A stretch of DNA of 64,000 nt, taken from contig DF237283.1 of the NCBI GenBank assembly GCA_000708835.1, positions 1 through 64,000 of the forward strand. Direction: 5' to 3'. A program made the position numbers and the translations under genes. The DNA comes from Klebsormidium nitens. Taxonomy: Eukaryota > Plantae > Klebsormidiophyceae. Numbering within the stretch: the first letter of the stretch is position 1; every line of letters starts with the position of its first letter. This document shows positions 61,901-64,000 of the stretch, in pieces. The notes below the pieces were generated by a model. The model saw only the letters and a list, made by a program, of their open reading frames with translations. It ran no database searches and had not been told where the DNA came from.

Positions 61901-64000
61901 CAAGCAAACGCCCACGAAAAGCACCAAGCAACGTGGCCTAAGAATCAACTCTCACAAAGTCTCTCATTCCTGACGTCTTTTCCAACTCACAGGACCTTTG
62001 TGAGGACATCCTCCCCGCCTCTCAGACGGACTCCTTCCACGGCTTTCCGGTCTCTCAACCGGATTCCGTTCCCGGAAGCCTGGCCAGCAGCCGGAACACC
62101 ACCCCGTGCAACAGTGACGACGAAGAGGCCGACGTGAGAGGGCCCCGGGGGGGCAAGGCCAAGAAAAGCGCAGGTGGGAAACTTCCCTCCGGAATGTGCT
62201 TCATCCTTGAATTTGAACGAAAACGTCATCGAAGCAGCCTAGATCTTCCACTACGAAGTTGGAATTTACTCAAGGATCAACGAGAAGGAAGAAAAGATGG
62301 AAGAGTTGGATTGAAAGGAAAACAAGAACGAAAGAATTTAATAAAAGCACCGATGGGAAGAGTTCTTTGAAAAAGAAGAAAAGAACATACAGAAGATCTC
62401 TCTCCCAGAACAGGACCAGTTGTAAGGTCCTACAGGAGACCGTGAAACGTGATCATCCGGTCCCCGCCCTGACAGTGGAAGGACGAAGGCTCTCAACGGA
62501 AGGCTTGCCGCTCAAACCAGAACCTAATCTAGGAGCCCCTGGCATACGCCGATGAATGGATTTCCAAAACATGGAAACGTGATATGTGCTGCCTTGCTCC
62601 GGAATCGTCATTTTTCTATAAGTTCGGCTCCACTCTAACCCCATCTTCAATTCCCCACTTGCAATCCTTGAACGGGGTAGGGTGGGGGGAAGGGCGCTCC
62701 CTCCTTGGTGCGGCTTGTTCATCAAGCTGTTCACAGAGTTCTAGGAAGACTGCCGGCGATATGCCGGATGAGCGTGGGGATAAACAAAAGGCGCGAAAAG
62801 CAGGACCAACGCAAGTCGCCGAAAGATCAGCCAAGCGACCTGACTTCAACAGAGTCTAAAACAACCTCGATCCGCATTGCAGGCGACAGCCGGCGCGAGA
62901 AGTCGCTGGGCGTGCTGACGCAGCGCTTCGTGGGCCTGTTCCTGACGTCACACACGGGCGTGCTGTCGCTGGACCACGCGGCGGAGGTCCTCCTCAGCGA
63001 CTGCGACGCGACCGCCAAAACCAAGAGTGAGCGCGCGCGTGCGGACCTCTTGCGATCAACGTTTTTCTGAGTGCTTTCTTCGTCCTCTTGCGTGCGCTTC
63101 GTTTGGTCGTTTGCGCTTCCTGGTCAGGGGATGAAAGTGGTCTCTCCAAGTAGTGCCTCGTCCAGAACAAGCGCCCGTGCAACGACTTGTCTCGTTTTCC
63201 TTTGCTTGCTTGTTCTTCTCTTGGTGCTCCGAAGCTGTTTCTGCCTGTGATTTGAACGTCTTGAGAAGGGGAACCTCAATAAGCAGCTCTCGGCGCCCCT
63301 GATCGCCAAACGGTTCGTCGGTTCCGGCTGGGCTTTGTGGATTGCTTGCATCCAAAGATGACAAAAATAGAGGACACAAATAGTGTTCCCATTGGTCAAT
63401 GAAGATTTCTCCTCACAGTCTCAGACGCTGAGGTTTCTGCGGCGAACCACGAATACTTTAACTCGATCACAGATTTTCGAGTGAATGCTAAACCATTTTC
63501 AAATCTGGAATACAACCAGGGACACCCCAAGCCGATCATAAACCTGCCCTCGAACTTCACCGTTTCCAAGTTAGGTTCCTTGAACTAAAGCTTTTTCAAA
63601 GTTCTGATTGTACCAACGATTCTCTGTCCTGCAGCCAAGGTTCGTCGCCTGTACGACATCGCCAACATCCTGGCCTCGATGCGCCTCATCGAAAAGATCC
63701 AGGTTAACAAGGTCCGCAAACCCGCCTTCCGGTGGATCTGCGCAAACTCCCGCATCGCGCTCAACTCGCGCGCCGATAACCTCAAGTGGTGCGTCCCCTT
63801 GCTACGCCCCGAAGAGCTCGCCGCGGGGGGGTCGAAACGCCCGGCGGACGACCCCCCTTCGGTGGAACCCGCAGAAAACGAGCTGCCGGCAAAACGGTTA
63901 AGGACGGGTTTGCAGAGGGTTAACGAGGAGGGCGTCGGGGCGCCGGGTGCGTTTGAGTGGGTTAGGTCGCTGACTGGAAGCGGTCGGGGGATTGCCCCGG
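58947..64000 (+). CDS. DEL: Atypical E2F (DEL/E2F7-8 type) with two DNA-binding domains; 3' end beyond the window
   Basis: DBD1: YCRKEKSLGLLCDK|FMSMY...LDDAARKL|GVERRRIYDIVNVLESMQ|VVVRKAKNRYTWHG. DBD2: DSRREKSLGVLTQRFVGLFL...SLDHAAEVLL...|TKVRRLYDIANILASMRLIEKI...RKPAFRW. All splices are in phase and GT-AG. Confidence 0.95.

Noticed and set aside
1-64000. CRISPR array, rRNA, or intact transposase/reverse transcriptase
   Set aside because: No regularly spaced repeat-spacer array, rRNA signature or DDE/RT motif was seen. The NQYTK repeats are coding.

Overview
Intron-rich eukaryotic nuclear DNA with GC-rich exons, from a green plant or alga. The style of the genes suggests a streptophyte alga such as Klebsormidium, but that is an inference. 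Eight protein genes are supported, mostly in head-to-head pairs. (1) RNase H2 catalytic subunit, minus strand, 2004-5848. (2) An Rpr2/Rpp21/SNM1 zinc-ribbon protein with a very large disordered and coiled-coil tail, plus strand, 7038-14550, crossing an N-gap. (3) COQ8/ABC1 atypical kinase, minus strand. (4) A ~4000-aa MBD9-like chromatin protein that apparently has a GATA finger in place of the MBD and carries a 10-copy NQYTK repeat, plus strand. (5) A probably plastid-targeted class I SAM methyltransferase with an in-frame TAA at a conserved Tyr, plus strand. (6) A DUF4419 gene broken by a ~95-bp exon microinversion, minus strand. (7) An intronless membrane protein with a WW-like domain, minus strand. 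(8) An atypical E2F/DEL factor that runs off the window end, plus strand. No rRNA, tRNA, CRISPR array or intact transposase/RT is supported. The most unusual signals are ~20-fold over-representation of the palindrome TGACGTCA in both exons and introns (HIP1-like), repeated local duplication or inversion of 3' splice-site/exon-start segments in three genes, and an apparently high share of GC-AG introns. All gene models and counts were done by eye.
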